Below, in pieces: positions 29,686-38,874 of a stretch of DNA of 64,000 nt (the first letter of the stretch is position 1; each line of letters opens with the position of its first letter). The translations under genes and the position numbers were made by a program. The stretch lies in IMG/VR virus record IMGVR_UViG_3300036985_004624. One strand, given 5' to 3'. A model generated the notes under the pieces. That model was not told where the DNA came from, searched no databases, and was given only the letters and a program-made list of their open reading frames with translations. Source of the DNA: a virus.

Positions 29686-30059
29686 TTATGCACTTACAGC
29701 CAATTCTTCCTGTAATTTCTTTAAGAGTGCGAGTTTTGATTCTCGATCTTTCAATTCTTGCTTGTGTTTTCGGGCCAATGCCGCGGCCGCCCGCTTCTTT
29801 TTATCTGCTTCGGCCTGTGCTGCTTCGGCCTTAGCTACCTCAAGATAATCAGCAATAGTCTTAGCAATAAATGCCGGTGTATCGACAGGTTGTTCCAGAA
29901 TAGCAAAATTATACTGTCGTGCAGCAGCCTTCTGTAATAGAAGGTAATCTTCGTGAGTTACCACTGTCCATTCGGTAATATTATTAATGATAGTATTACA
30001 ATCATCCCATAATTACTATATACATCTCTGCTTGTGATAATAGCTATTTTGTGTGTCAT
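29686..30059 (-). pseudogene. hypothetical gene with 1-nt frameshift near 30005
   Basis: AGGAG RBS plus MTHKIAIITSRDVYSNYG continues in another frame as DDCNTIINNITEWTVVTHED. Confidence 0.6.
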
Positions 30060-30089
30060 TTTACTCTCCTACTCCTACTTTGGATTACC

Positions 30090-30980
30090 TTATAAATTTA
30101 ATCCACCTATTCTCTCAAGATAACTAAAAAATGGTTCTAACTTAAATTCTGGTGTCAACATACCACGGCGTAAGTTACCTATATCGTGATTACACAATTC
30201 GGGCGGACTCCAGTCTGTTATTTTAAACCACGTTGTTTTCATTTTCTTAGATGCATCTAACGGGAAATATACATGATCTGGTTCATAGAAAAAATCAGTA
30301 TCCTTATTCCAGTTTCTAGCCCAATTATAATCAACATCTATCTGGTCGCAAACTAATTTAGTCATTTCATCTATAGTCCAGTTCTGATCTCTTTCACGAA
30401 CCCAGCGTCCTACAGGCATAATATTTCTAAATCTAATAACAGGATTACCGCCTATTTGTTTCGAGAGATTAAACAATCTGCCCGGATTTTTATCATTGGT
30501 GCCTTTTTGTAAAATAGAACCAATCTGAACAAGCATATTCTCTTCTTTAGCTGCTACCCATGCTTTAATTTTACGATCAGCACATTTAACGCCATCCATA
30601 ATCTCATAGACATTATCATCATCTGCACCATTCATACTAATATGAACTGCACGTAAACCTGCATCAGCCAATTCTCTAGCATAACCATCTCGAGCAAACA
30701 TTAATCCATTTGTCAATAGAGATGTTCTGTGACCCATATGCTTAATTTTAGAAATTATTTCTGGCAAATCTTTACGCATAGTTGGTTCACCACCATAAAG
30801 TCGAATCTCAGTCTTCTTCGGCAATTGTTCTAACATATCATATAATATGTTTACATCCATATCCGGGACATCGCGCTCAGGCGAATAACAATTGACACAA
30901 TTCATATTACACCGTTGTGTCACATCCACAAAAATAGTAGTGAACTGGCTATCCTTATATTCTGTTTTAATAGTATTCAT
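30090..30980 (-). CDS. radical SAM protein (MoaA-like fold)
   Basis: CNMNCVNC, GGEPT, LTNGL. Confidence 0.88.
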   Translation of the reverse strand: MNTIKTEYKDSQFTTIFVDVTQRCNMNCVNCYSPERDVPDMDVNILYDMLEQLPKKTEIRLYGGEPTMRKDLPEIISKIKHMGHRTSLLTNGLMFARDGYARELADAGLRAVHISMNGADDDNVYEIMDGVKCADRKIKAWVAAKEENMLVQIGSILQKGTNDKNPGRLFNLSKQIGGNPVIRFRNIMPVGRWVRERDQNWTIDEMTKLVCDQIDVDYNWARNWNKDTDFFYEPDHVYFPLDASKKMKTTWFKITDWSPPELCNHDIGNLRRGMLTPEFKLEPFFSYLERIGGLNL

Positions 30981-31017
30981 TATATCCCTATAAATTATTT
31001 GCTATTTACCTGCAATA

Positions 31018-31091
31018 TGGTAGGACCGGAGGGAATCAAACCCTCGTAGATCGGTTAAAAGCCGACTATTCTATCATTGAATTACGATCCC
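31018..31091 (-). tRNA. tRNA-Lys(TTT)
   Basis: GTCGG-CTTTTAA-CCGAT, CCA. Confidence 0.92.
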
Positions 31092-31094
31092 ATT

Positions 31095-31916
31095 TTATTT
31101 TATTGCAAAGTTCTTTAACTCTGCTAACTGTACATTATACGCTGGTATTACATATTTTACAAGTTTTCTTGTATCTACCAATACTTTATTGACTGATTTC
31201 GATCCGAGTGTCCTGATAACAGTTTTGTCCAAATTAAAAACATCATTCATAAGTGTTAATAATTCAAACTTATCTATACTCTTCGGACTAACAAGATGAT
31301 ATACTCCTGCGAAACAAGGGTCCATCATGTATTTGTTTATGCTTTTTGCTAATTGCAATGTTGTTACTCCGTTCCAGTGTGCATTCTCCCACCCAAAGAC
31401 TTCTTTATCGGGATTTGTTGTTAACCAGTGCATTAGCCCGGTGCCATTCTGTTTTAGCTCGGGGCCGATAATGCTCATTCTGAATGTTATATCTTTATCA
31501 TTGTTTATTTCGCCTAAAGATTTAGATTTTCCATATGCATTAGTCTCGGTATGTAGATCTGTCTCAACATAGTTGCCTTTGCTGCCATTAAAAACACAGT
31601 CCGTCGACAAATGAATCACTCTTGTATTCGTATTACGGAACTTGTTTTCTAAGAAATGTGGAAACCAAGCATTTATCAATGCTGCTCTATCTGGTCGATC
31701 AATGCTGTCTTTTACAAGTAGGCCAATACAATTTATAACATAATCTACTTCTGGCAGATAATTAAAAAAAGACTTTACGAGTAGCGGATTTTCAATATCC
31801 AAGTCATAAGAAGCATTTGTTCTTGCCACTGTAATTACTTCGTGCCCGCATTTTGTTAAATACTGAGTAATGATATGACCTGCCATACCATTTGAACCAA
31901 GCACAAGTACTTTCAT
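31095..31916 (-). CDS. NDP-4-keto-sugar reductase (RmlD-like)
   Basis: GSNGMAG, STDCVF, YGKSKSLGE. Confidence 0.9.
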   Translation of the reverse strand: MKVLVLGSNGMAGHIITQYLTKCGHEVITVARTNASYDLDIENPLLVKSFFNYLPEVDYVINCIGLLVKDSIDRPDRAALINAWFPHFLENKFRNTNTRVIHLSTDCVFNGSKGNYVETDLHTETNAYGKSKSLGEINNDKDITFRMSIIGPELKQNGTGLMHWLTTNPDKEVFGWENAHWNGVTTLQLAKSINKYMMDPCFAGVYHLVSPKSIDKFELLTLMNDVFNLDKTVIRTLGSKSVNKVLVDTRKLVKYVIPAYNVQLAELKNFAIK

Positions 31917-32488
31917 TTTACTTTCCTATATGCAGAAAAAATGTGACCGTTGCCGTCGAACAACTCTAATAATTCTATATTAGGTATAAATTCCGGGAGA
32001 TCAATAAACCAGTCTGGATGATATCTAAGATAATCTCTAGGATACGGGTGATAGAAAAATCCCGGAGTGTGAGTGTGAATTAGTACTACACCATTTTTAT
32101 TTAGTAATCCTGCCATGTTAAACATTGCAGTGAACGGGTCATATATATGTTCCAGAGTTGCTTGACATAATACAACATCGAATTTGGGTAAATGATATGC
32201 TAAATTTCTGTCACACAAGCTAAATCTGTAATCTACATCTTGCTCGTCGGCATAATATTCTAATGTGGAAAATGTATCGCTCGGGTATACTGTCGAGAAA
32301 AAAGGCTTAACAATATTTTTCTCTGACATTAATAGCCAACTACTATTCTCGCCTTTATAAAAATCCCACCATTGTTTTAATATACCATGGTATCCGGTTG
32401 ATTGATTGGGCACTGCAAATCGTTCACCAAACCACCCATTATGTGACGTATTATCATAATCCCAATTTCTACCAGCCTTATGTATCAT
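31913..32488 (-). CDS. methyltransferase domain protein
   Basis: FDVVLCQATLEH, HPYPRDYLR. Confidence 0.8.
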   Translation of the reverse strand: MIHKAGRNWDYDNTSHNGWFGERFAVPNQSTGYHGILKQWWDFYKGENSSWLLMSEKNIVKPFFSTVYPSDTFSTLEYYADEQDVDYRFSLCDRNLAYHLPKFDVVLCQATLEHIYDPFTAMFNMAGLLNKNGVVLIHTHTPGFFYHPYPRDYLRYHPDWFIDLPEFIPNIELLELFDGNGHIFSAYRKVK

Positions 32489-33465
32489 AAAAACTTCCCT
32501 TTAATTAACATTTCTTTTATCTGTTGTTTTTCTAACATTGTTGTTTTGGAGGAAAACTCATTAGAATGAATCTTAGGTAAGTGGCTATACTTATCGAGTA
32601 ATGACCCACTTGCAGATGATGGTAAAATTACAAAATAGTTATTATCGTACAAATAAGTCATCGGAGCTTCGTGCTCAGATACAAGCACTTCATCTAATTT
32701 CTCTCCAGGACGCATGCCAGTTTCTGTAATATTAACAGTGCCATATTCTTCCATTAATACTTCTATTAATTCACTTATATAACAGGCCGGCATATTCATT
32801 ACAAAAGTTTCTCCGCCAATACTATTCTCACTTGCCTTAAATAATAAACGAATTGCTTCTTCCAATGTCAGAAAGAATCTAGTCATTCTACTATCAGTAA
32901 GAGTAATAGGGCCGCCGATTTTTATTTGTTCAATAAATAATGGTATAACAGATCCGCTCGATCCCATAACATTTCCGCCGCGAATACAGACAAATTTTGT
33001 TGTATCACTTAATGTATTAGCTTGTATAATTAATTTTTCGCCTATAGCTTTAGTCATACCGTATAAGTTAATAGGTTCTACGGCCTTGTCAGATGATACG
33101 TCAATGACTTTCTTAATTTGATTTCGTATAGCTGCCGTAATTATATTCTGAGTACCTACTATATTTGTTTTAATTGCCTCTTGCGGTACTTCTTCACAAA
33201 TAGGTACATGTTTTAATGCCGCTAAATGAAAGATATAATCGACTCCCCTGGTTGCAGAAAGTACTGCATCCAAATCTCTAACATCGCCTATAATAAATTT
33301 AAGCTTAGGGTTATGAAATTGTCGTTTCATCGCAACCTGTTGATATTCGTTTCTAGAAAAACAAATTATTTCTTTAACATCGTAAGTTTTTAGTAACAAA
33401 CTAGTTAACATCTGACCCCAGGAACCAGTGGCGCCGCTTATAAATATCTTTGACCCATTAAACAT
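32485..33465 (-). CDS. UDP-GlcNAc 4,6-dehydratase (PseB/FnlA/CapD family)
   Basis: GATGSWG, HLAALKHVP, SSDKA..YGMTK, GMRPGEKL. Confidence 0.92.
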   Translation of the reverse strand: MFNGSKIFISGATGSWGQMLTSLLLKTYDVKEIICFSRNEYQQVAMKRQFHNPKLKFIIGDVRDLDAVLSATRGVDYIFHLAALKHVPICEEVPQEAIKTNIVGTQNIITAAIRNQIKKVIDVSSDKAVEPINLYGMTKAIGEKLIIQANTLSDTTKFVCIRGGNVMGSSGSVIPLFIEQIKIGGPITLTDSRMTRFFLTLEEAIRLLFKASENSIGGETFVMNMPACYISELIEVLMEEYGTVNITETGMRPGEKLDEVLVSEHEAPMTYLYDNNYFVILPSSASGSLLDKYSHLPKIHSNEFSSKTTMLEKQQIKEMLIKGKFL

Positions 33466-34714
33466 TTTGACTTCTCAACATTTGAATTATTTCAGCATTA
33501 GAATATACTCGTTGTGTCTTCATAAATTCAGCAAAATCCAAGTATGAAAGTTGAAGCGTACTCTCGGAAGGATAAACTTTATTAACAGGCGTCTTGATAA
33601 GAGTAAGACCGTAGTTGTTATCCATCGGGTATACTTCGAATTTCTCTTCCTTCAGCATATGATAAAGAAGTTTATAAGAATCCGAACACAACGATGATTC
33701 TGCAAATCTTTCCTCGGGGGGAATCATATCATGTATAATAATCCACTTATTTGCATAATCTACAGAATTATTGAAATCACGCATAACATAATCAAAATCA
33801 TGATTAGCATCAATATAGATAATATCAAAGCTAACCCCTTGTGAATTTGGATTACTCAGCAACTTTAGGTACAACTTTAATGATAGATTTTTAAAATATT
33901 GATCAGTTGTATCTGTAAACATTGCTTTACCGTTTGTATCTACAGAAAATTTATCTTTACACTTTATAATATCGAAATTTATGTTATCTCTAATACCTAA
34001 TTCCAGGTATGAACACTGCTCTATATTATTTAAGTTATTAATTATTTCACAACCGAGTATATTAACATCTTTTTTTAATACTATTTGAAATAGACCCGAC
34101 ACCTTATTATCGATTGCCACAATATTATGATCTGATGATAAAAATTGAACAGGTATCGAAGGCCCGAGATCATAATTATATTGCTTTTCCCATAGTGTTC
34201 GTTCTAGGACAGGAAGTGGATTACCTTCTGTCCAATAATGACGCCATTTTAAAGTCCAATAATGATACGACCTGTCATAATTACCCCATGCCGAAACAGA
34301 TTGTGTATATGGTACTTCTTGCGTATTATATACTGCTAATCCTGCTTCTTGGGTTCTTACGAAGAAATCATAATCCTCGAACCCGCCGCCGACATACCGT
34401 TCATCCATCATTCCTATTTTTCTAAACAATTCCTTCTTAAAGGCAAAGAACGCAAACGAGTATAAACCGACGAAAGCATATCCATCTTCCAATAATTGAA
34501 GTGCCTTTTTTACATGTTCCTGAGTAGGAAGAACTTTATCACTCATTAGAATAACTGTCTCTGTGGGTGAGGACGCCACGCACGAGTTTACTAATTTTGA
34601 AAAGGATTCGACACCTGTGCCGTCAAAATAATAAAGTTTTTCGGGTAGTAAAGAATCTTGTATCGGCTTATAGTATTGAGGTTTATTTGATATTAAAAAT
34701 AGTGTATAATTCAT
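33458..34714 (-). CDS. glycosyltransferase-methyltransferase fusion
   Basis: IGMMDERYVGGGFED, then YLELGI, IYIDANH, IHD. Confidence 0.8.
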   Translation of the reverse strand: MNYTLFLISNKPQYYKPIQDSLLPEKLYYFDGTGVESFSKLVNSCVASSPTETVILMSDKVLPTQEHVKKALQLLEDGYAFVGLYSFAFFAFKKELFRKIGMMDERYVGGGFEDYDFFVRTQEAGLAVYNTQEVPYTQSVSAWGNYDRSYHYWTLKWRHYWTEGNPLPVLERTLWEKQYNYDLGPSIPVQFLSSDHNIVAIDNKVSGLFQIVLKKDVNILGCEIINNLNNIEQCSYLELGIRDNINFDIIKCKDKFSVDTNGKAMFTDTTDQYFKNLSLKLYLKLLSNPNSQGVSFDIIYIDANHDFDYVMRDFNNSVDYANKWIIIHDMIPPEERFAESSLCSDSYKLLYHMLKEEKFEVYPMDNNYGLTLIKTPVNKVYPSESTLQLSYLDFAEFMKTQRVYSNAEIIQMLRSQNV

Positions 34715-34735
34715 ACGCTATTTATTGTATATACT

Positions 34736-34814
34736 TGGTCTCGGGTGAGGGATTTGAACTCTCATTATTTCTGGTCCCAAACCAGATGCCATAACCAGAT
34801 TAGGCGAACCCGAG
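34736..34814 (-). tRNA. tRNA-Pro(TGG)
   Basis: TCTGG-TTTGGGA-CCAGA, CCA. Confidence 0.9.
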
Positions 34815-35342
34815 TTTAAATTGTCTAACATATTCTTCTATTATATGTAATATCTCTATCTTAAATCTACTATGCATATACATATGGTGTGTAGGGCATA
34901 ACGGTACTAAATTTTCTATAGAATCGTCCGAATGATCTTCATTAAAGTGGTGTACTGCTACTATTTTAGCTTCCTTACATACCACACACTCTTTCTTATG
35001 TTTAGAAAAACATAATGTCTGATAACGGCCTCCAGACCAATTACCGTTATCTTCGCCACTTCTGAAATATTTATTTGCACATGATCTCGAACATGTACCT
35101 TTGCTATGCGAATAATCTTTTATTGGAGCATCACATACTTTACACTTAACTAAGTTATCTGGAGACAAATGGCAGGATGTTTCGTGTTTCTTAATACTGC
35201 ATATTAAAACAGACTTATTACAAAACTTACATTCTATCGTTACTAACCGCTCTTTAAAAGAATCAGGGTTAGTCGTACCTCTATAATTCCAATGCGATAT
35301 AAATGCCTTACGGCATTGAGCAGGCTTGCATAGATGAACCAC
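34800..35342 (-). CDS. HNH homing endonuclease (start uncertain)
   Basis: CVVC..HHFNEDHSDDSIENLVPLCPTHH, zinc knuckles. Confidence 0.8.
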   Translation of the reverse strand: MVHLCKPAQCRKAFISHWNYRGTTNPDSFKERLVTIECKFCNKSVLICSIKKHETSCHLSPDNLVKCKVCDAPIKDYSHSKGTCSRSCANKYFRSGEDNGNWSGGRYQTLCFSKHKKECVVCKEAKIVAVHHFNEDHSDDSIENLVPLCPTHHMYMHSRFKIEILHIIEEYVRQFKLGFA

Positions 35343-35420
35343 TTGCGTGGCGACAGTATGTAGACATTCTGTCCTTGGGCACCTTACGATGCTTACCCTA
35401 AAGAGGCTATGCCCCCAAAA
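35260..35420 (-). ncRNA. unassigned structured RNA with three GNRA hairpins
   Basis: GCATC-GTAA-GGTGC, CCAC-GCAA-GTGG, AATGCC-GTAA-GGCATT. Confidence 0.6.
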
Positions 35421-35520
35421 TCTTTATTAGTAAATTTACTAACTTACTAATAACTACTTGCTATGTGGCTAGTTTAACTTAACTAACTCACTTTGTCAAC
35501 TGGTTTTACAACTTTATTAT

Positions 35521-35612
35521 TGGCGGAGCGCCTCGGAGTCGAACCGAGCGGGCCACTCATCATGACCCTACACCTTAGCAGGGTGCTGCGATTACCGCAC
35601 TGCCCGCGCTCC
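35521..35612 (-). tRNA. tRNA-Ser(GCT)
   Basis: GCACC-CTGCTAA-GGTGT, long V arm. Confidence 0.9.
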
Positions 35613-35661
35613 GTATCTAATTATACAACAATATTTATCTTATTGCAATATTTCCTTTATT

Positions 35662-35738
35662 TGGCAACCCCTGTCGGACTCGAACCGACGTCTTTATGGC
35701 TCAGAACCATATCGCTCTTCCTGTTAAGCTACGAGGCA
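35662..35738 (-). tRNA. tRNA-Gln(CTG), weak acceptor stem
   Basis: TATGG-TTCTGAG-CCATA. Confidence 0.7.
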
Positions 35739-35745
35739 ACAAATT

Positions 35746-35820
35746 TGGAAACGCTACAGAGAATCGAACTCTGATTTACAGGATGAAAACCTGTTATCCG
35801 AACCATTAGATGATAGCGTC
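35746..35820 (-). tRNA. tRNA-Glu(TTC)
   Basis: ACAGG-TTTTCAT-CCTGT. Confidence 0.88.
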
Positions 35821-36060
35821 CTAACCGATAGACGAATGAGTCATGTCTTCTTCAATTTTAATTGATTCTATATGCTTTCTGATATATCGCATAAACAACA
35901 TTGCTTTATCTTCATTAAGAAAAACACCGTTGCCAGTATCGTCGATAGGTACAGGAAATTCGAAACCGCATTCTGTCTTATACCAGAGTTCTTTCTGTCT
36001 ATAAAATTCGAATGTCACTTTCTTATTATTCCTGACCATCTCTTTAATATCATATTTCAT
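35821..36060 (-). CDS. hypothetical phage protein
   Basis: LWYKTECGFEFPVPIDDTGNGVF. Confidence 0.75.
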   Translation of the reverse strand: MKYDIKEMVRNNKKVTFEFYRQKELWYKTECGFEFPVPIDDTGNGVFLNEDKAMLFMRYIRKHIESIKIEEDMTHSSIG

Positions 36061-36062
36061 AA

Positions 36063-36386
36063 TTATTCCTTGTCGGGATATTGAGCATCAATTACATCGA
36101 TTGCGTTGTGCGGACTTGTGCCACGACCCAACATAGTAATCTTGTCAGGTGCAAAGCCGTTTTCGACAGTGATCAGCGATTCGTTGCTGTTAATGCCGCC
36201 GCGGTACTTCCCGTCGCCCTTTTTATGCATAAGTTTACCTGTTGCAGGATCAATCGACCCCCATTCGGGTGTATGCTCGGTCACGATAGGTTCTACATAA
36301 TAGGATTTGCCTGTACGTTGGGAATAAACGATGAATCGCCCTGTTTCGTCTGTGTTTGTAAGAAATTGTTTTCGTAGCGTATTCAT
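36063..36386 (-). CDS. hypothetical phage protein
   Basis: GGAG RBS before MNTLRKQF. Confidence 0.75.
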   Translation of the reverse strand: MNTLRKQFLTNTDETGRFIVYSQRTGKSYYVEPIVTEHTPEWGSIDPATGKLMHKKGDGKYRGGINSNESLITVENGFAPDKITMLGRGTSPHNAIDVIDAQYPDKE

Positions 36387-36410
36387 ATTGTCTCCCTTGT
36401 TAAAAATTAT

Positions 36411-36485
36411 TGGAATCACTAAGGGGAGTCGAGCCCCTATTTCCAGATTGAGAATCTAGCGTCCTAACCGTTAGACGATAGTGAT
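36411..36485 (-). tRNA. tRNA-Glu(CTC)
   Basis: CTAGA-TTCTCAA-TCTGG. Confidence 0.88.
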
Positions 36486-36555
36486 ATATAGTGTATGTAG
36501 AGGGTAGTAACCCCGCGGCACAGGCCTTCTTACGTTTATACTATACACTAATTTA

Positions 36556-36628
36556 TGGACCCCCGTGAAGGATTCGAACCCTCGTAAGCTAGTTTCGAAG
36601 ACTGGCCACCAAGTCCATTGGACGGGAG
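36556..36628 (-). tRNA. tRNA-Arg(TCG), atypical D arm
   Basis: CCAGT-CTTCGAA-ACTAG. Confidence 0.8.
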
Positions 36629-36634
36629 ATAATT

Positions 36635-36711
36635 TGGTAGTGCAGGAGAGGCTCGAACTCTCTTCATTTTACCTTATGAGGATAACGTATTTCCACTAAT
36701 ACTACTGCACT
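36635..36711 (-). tRNA. tRNA-Met/Ile2(CAT)
   Basis: TTATC-CTCATAA-GGTAA. Confidence 0.85.
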
Positions 36712-36717
36712 ATGAAA

Positions 36718-36768
36718 CAGAATACAGTTTTTTACATTTGGAGTGTATTTATTTGCTGTATGTATTCT
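36718..36768 (-). ncRNA. CAGCAA-scaffold RNA carrying Trp anticodon stem-loop
   Basis: AGAATAC-ATA-CAGCAA..TACA-CTCCAAA-TGTA..GTATTCTG. Confidence 0.75.
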
Positions 36769-36774
36769 TTAATT

Positions 36775-36849
36775 TGGAGCGGGCAACGAGAATCGAACTC
36801 GTAATTTAACTTTGGCAAAGTTATGTGTTACCACTAGCACCATGCCCGC
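36775..36849 (-). tRNA. tRNA-Gly(GCC)
   Basis: TAACT-TTGCCAA-AGTTA. Confidence 0.93.
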
Positions 36850-37573
36850 ATATCTCTTCAAATATATCTCTTAGTTCAGATATATTTATAATCATTCTTG
36901 TTTTATTGTCCCCAAACTCTTTTCCAACTTCAATGAAGTCAAATTCTATATATTCTAAATCCATCAGTTTACAAAATTCTAAGGAATTAGTCGCTGCACA
37001 GATATCATTAAACTCTATCTTATATGCTGTATCAGCACAGTAAGCCTCATTATAGTGCAATATTTGGCGAATTACATCACCGAATCTGCTTACAGGCACA
37101 TTGACCGGTGTATGCAATAACTCAGCTATCGCATTCTGCTGATATGTCGATTTTATCCATGATTTCGATATTTCTGATACACATATACTAAGTGCAGTAC
37201 TAAAAATATCTTCCCTCGATAATACATAAACTCTATCAACTTGCTTAATTAAGTAATCAGTAATATCCGATTCTTTAGGAAAATGCTTTATTACATACGG
37301 GCCCGTTAATTCACTAACTAATTTACACCTGTTTTCGATCTCGTCAGATGTAGAAATAATAGGATCTTCTGTACGTATTAAGTTGTTATTATCCCTAATT
37401 AATTTACACTTAAATCTGTGATGCCATATATTAAAGAGTTCATCTAAACTAGGTTCAATATCTATCACTCTATAAATTTCAGATACTCTGCCTTTTGCGC
37501 GAAAATATCTATATAAGTTGAACGTTACCTGTTTAGATGCCATTCTTGGCATAGATAGTACTAATGTTTTCAT
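36821..37573 (-). CDS. sulfotransferase-like P-loop protein
   Basis: MKTLVLSMPRMAS, VIKHF, LSREDIFSTALS. Confidence 0.6.
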   Translation of the reverse strand: MKTLVLSMPRMASKQVTFNLYRYFRAKGRVSEIYRVIDIEPSLDELFNIWHHRFKCKLIRDNNNLIRTEDPIISTSDEIENRCKLVSELTGPYVIKHFPKESDITDYLIKQVDRVYVLSREDIFSTALSICVSEISKSWIKSTYQQNAIAELLHTPVNVPVSRFGDVIRQILHYNEAYCADTAYKIEFNDICAATNSLEFCKLMDLEYIEFDFIEVGKEFGDNKTRMIINISELRDIFEEICGHGASGNT

Positions 37574-37579
37574 AAATTT

Positions 37580-37666
37580 TGGAGGAAGATAACAGAATCG
37601 AACTGTGCCCCATTTCTGAAGCGAACAACTTTCCAAGTTGCTTAGTGCCCAGCACATCTATCTTCC
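37580..37666 (-). tRNA. tRNA-Ser(GGA)
   Basis: GCAAC-TTGGAAA-GTTGT, long V arm. Confidence 0.82.
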
Positions 37667-37672
37667 ATATTT

Positions 37673-37762
37673 TGGCGGATCATAATTGAATCGAACAATC
37701 ACCTGCTCATCACAAGTGGGACGGTATTCAAAGCCGTTTAGTGCCCAGCACTCCTATAATCC
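37673..37762 (-). tRNA. tRNA-Ser(TGA)
   Basis: ACGGC-TTTGAAT-ACCGT, long V arm. Confidence 0.8.
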
Positions 37763-37768
37763 AAATTT

Positions 37769-37843
37769 TGGTACCCAGTGACGATTTCGAAACGTCGGCC
37801 TTCGCTTTGTAGGAGCGTTGCTCTTCCTCTGAGCTAACCGGGC
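37769..37843 (-). tRNA. tRNA-Val(TAC), C33
   Basis: ACGCT-CCTACAA-AGCGA. Confidence 0.88.
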
Positions 37844-37849
37844 AAATTT

Positions 37850-38059
37850 TTATTTCTTAATATATATCTTCTTTAGATAATCGCGTCCAATTAATCCGGC
37901 TTCAATTTCTCGAAGTGCTGTTACACAGGGTCCATTTGTGCTTGTTACTTTAGACTTATAATTATTCTTTAATTCTTTTGCTCTATGAGCTGCAATCAAT
38001 ACTAAATCGTATCTATTACCAATCATCTCGACTGCTTTTTGCGAAGTAACTCTTGCCAT
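37850..38059 (-). CDS. rpoZ: RNA polymerase omega subunit
   Basis: MARVT..GNRYDLVLIAAHRAKEL..ALREIEAG. Confidence 0.92.
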   Translation of the reverse strand: MARVTSQKAVEMIGNRYDLVLIAAHRAKELKNNYKSKVTSTNGPCVTALREIEAGLIGRDYLKKIYIKK

Positions 38060-38076
38060 ATCATCCTTATGTTATT

Positions 38077-38152
38077 TGGTGGACCGCGCCAGGCGCGACC
38101 TGACCGTTAGACTGGCTGGTATTCTATCGAATACACAAGCATAGTGCGGCCC
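38077..38152 (-). ncRNA. tRNA-like RNA, Ala-type acceptor, no anticodon loop
   Basis: GGGCCGC/GCGGTCC-ACCA, GTATTC-GATA-GAATAC hairpin. Confidence 0.65.
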
Positions 38153-38195
38153 TAAGTAATAATTATATAGATTATTTATATATCTGTCAAATGAT

Positions 38196-38240
38196 TGGTG
38201 GAACTGCGGCATATAAATCACTAGGAATCCCGACAGCCCC
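38196..38240 (-). ncRNA. 45-nt CCA-ended minihelix, Ala-type acceptor
   Basis: GGGGCTG/CAGTTCC-ACCA. Confidence 0.6.
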
Positions 38241-38245
38241 ATATT

Positions 38246-38323
38246 TGGTATCCACGGTGGGATTCGAACCCACACTGTTCAGTTTTTGAAACTGCTGTCT
38301 CCTACCTATTGCACTACGTGGAC
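38246..38323 (-). tRNA. tRNA-Leu(CAA), short V arm
   Basis: GCAGT-TTCAAAA-ACTGA. Confidence 0.9.
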
Positions 38324-38325
38324 AT

Positions 38326-38424
38326 ATCATACTGAAACATACTGAGGAGAATCCAACTCCTCTCGCTGCCACGCAGGTCTTACGCTATCTCTAGCCCAGA
38401 GTTACTAATATGTTTCAATATGAT
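38326..38424 (-). ncRNA. long-stem RNA enclosing small hairpins including a T-arm-like one
   Basis: ATCATATTGAAACATATT/AGTATGTTTCAGTATGAT stem, GAGGAG-TTGGATT-CTCCTC. Confidence 0.6.
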
Positions 38425-38685
38425 TTCAATATTCCATAGCCGGGATTCTGTTCTATCCTAACATTAATCTTTGCCACAACCCGAACCAATAGGGCAAGTG
38501 TTCCCTAGTTCTGTTTGTGTTGCTTGTTATATCTTGGTAGTGTTAACGACGAAGCAAAGTGGCATTATGAGTCCGACTTTCGCGGGATGATCATACTGTG
38601 GTTCCACTCTGCGGGCCATCTCCTACTCGCACTTGCCACAAGTCCCGAACTTCCTCTGTTGCCAGCGTTAGGTCGAATACTGAAA
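38424..38685 (-). ncRNA. rnpB: RNase P RNA, compact (~260 nt)
   Basis: CR-I GAGGAAGTTCGGGA, CR-V ACAGAATCCCGGCTA forming P4 with bulged U, P1 TTTCAGTATTC/GAATATTGAAA, P2 CCTAACG/TGTTAGG. Confidence 0.85.
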
Positions 38686-38687
38686 AT

Positions 38688-38763
38688 TGGAGTGCGTGAC
38701 AGGAGTCGAACCTGCATAATCAAGGGTTGCAATCTTGTTCCTAGCCGTTCAGATCACACGCAC
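38688..38763 (-). tRNA. tRNA-Cys(GCA)
   Basis: CAAGA-TTGCAAC-CCTTG. Confidence 0.9.
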
Positions 38764-38779
38764 ATTAAAAATTATTAGG

Positions 38780-38850
38780 GGTGACCTATGGGTAACGCTC
38801 CCATTTAACTGATTTCACAGACCAGGTCATTACTTTTATGATAAGGCCAC
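38780..38850 (-). tRNA. tRNA-His(GTG), CCA not encoded
   Basis: CTGGT-CTGTGAA-ATCAG, flanked by TTATTAGG/CCTAATAA stem. Confidence 0.82.
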
Positions 38851-38874
38851 ACCTAATAACTCTCTAAAATAAAA

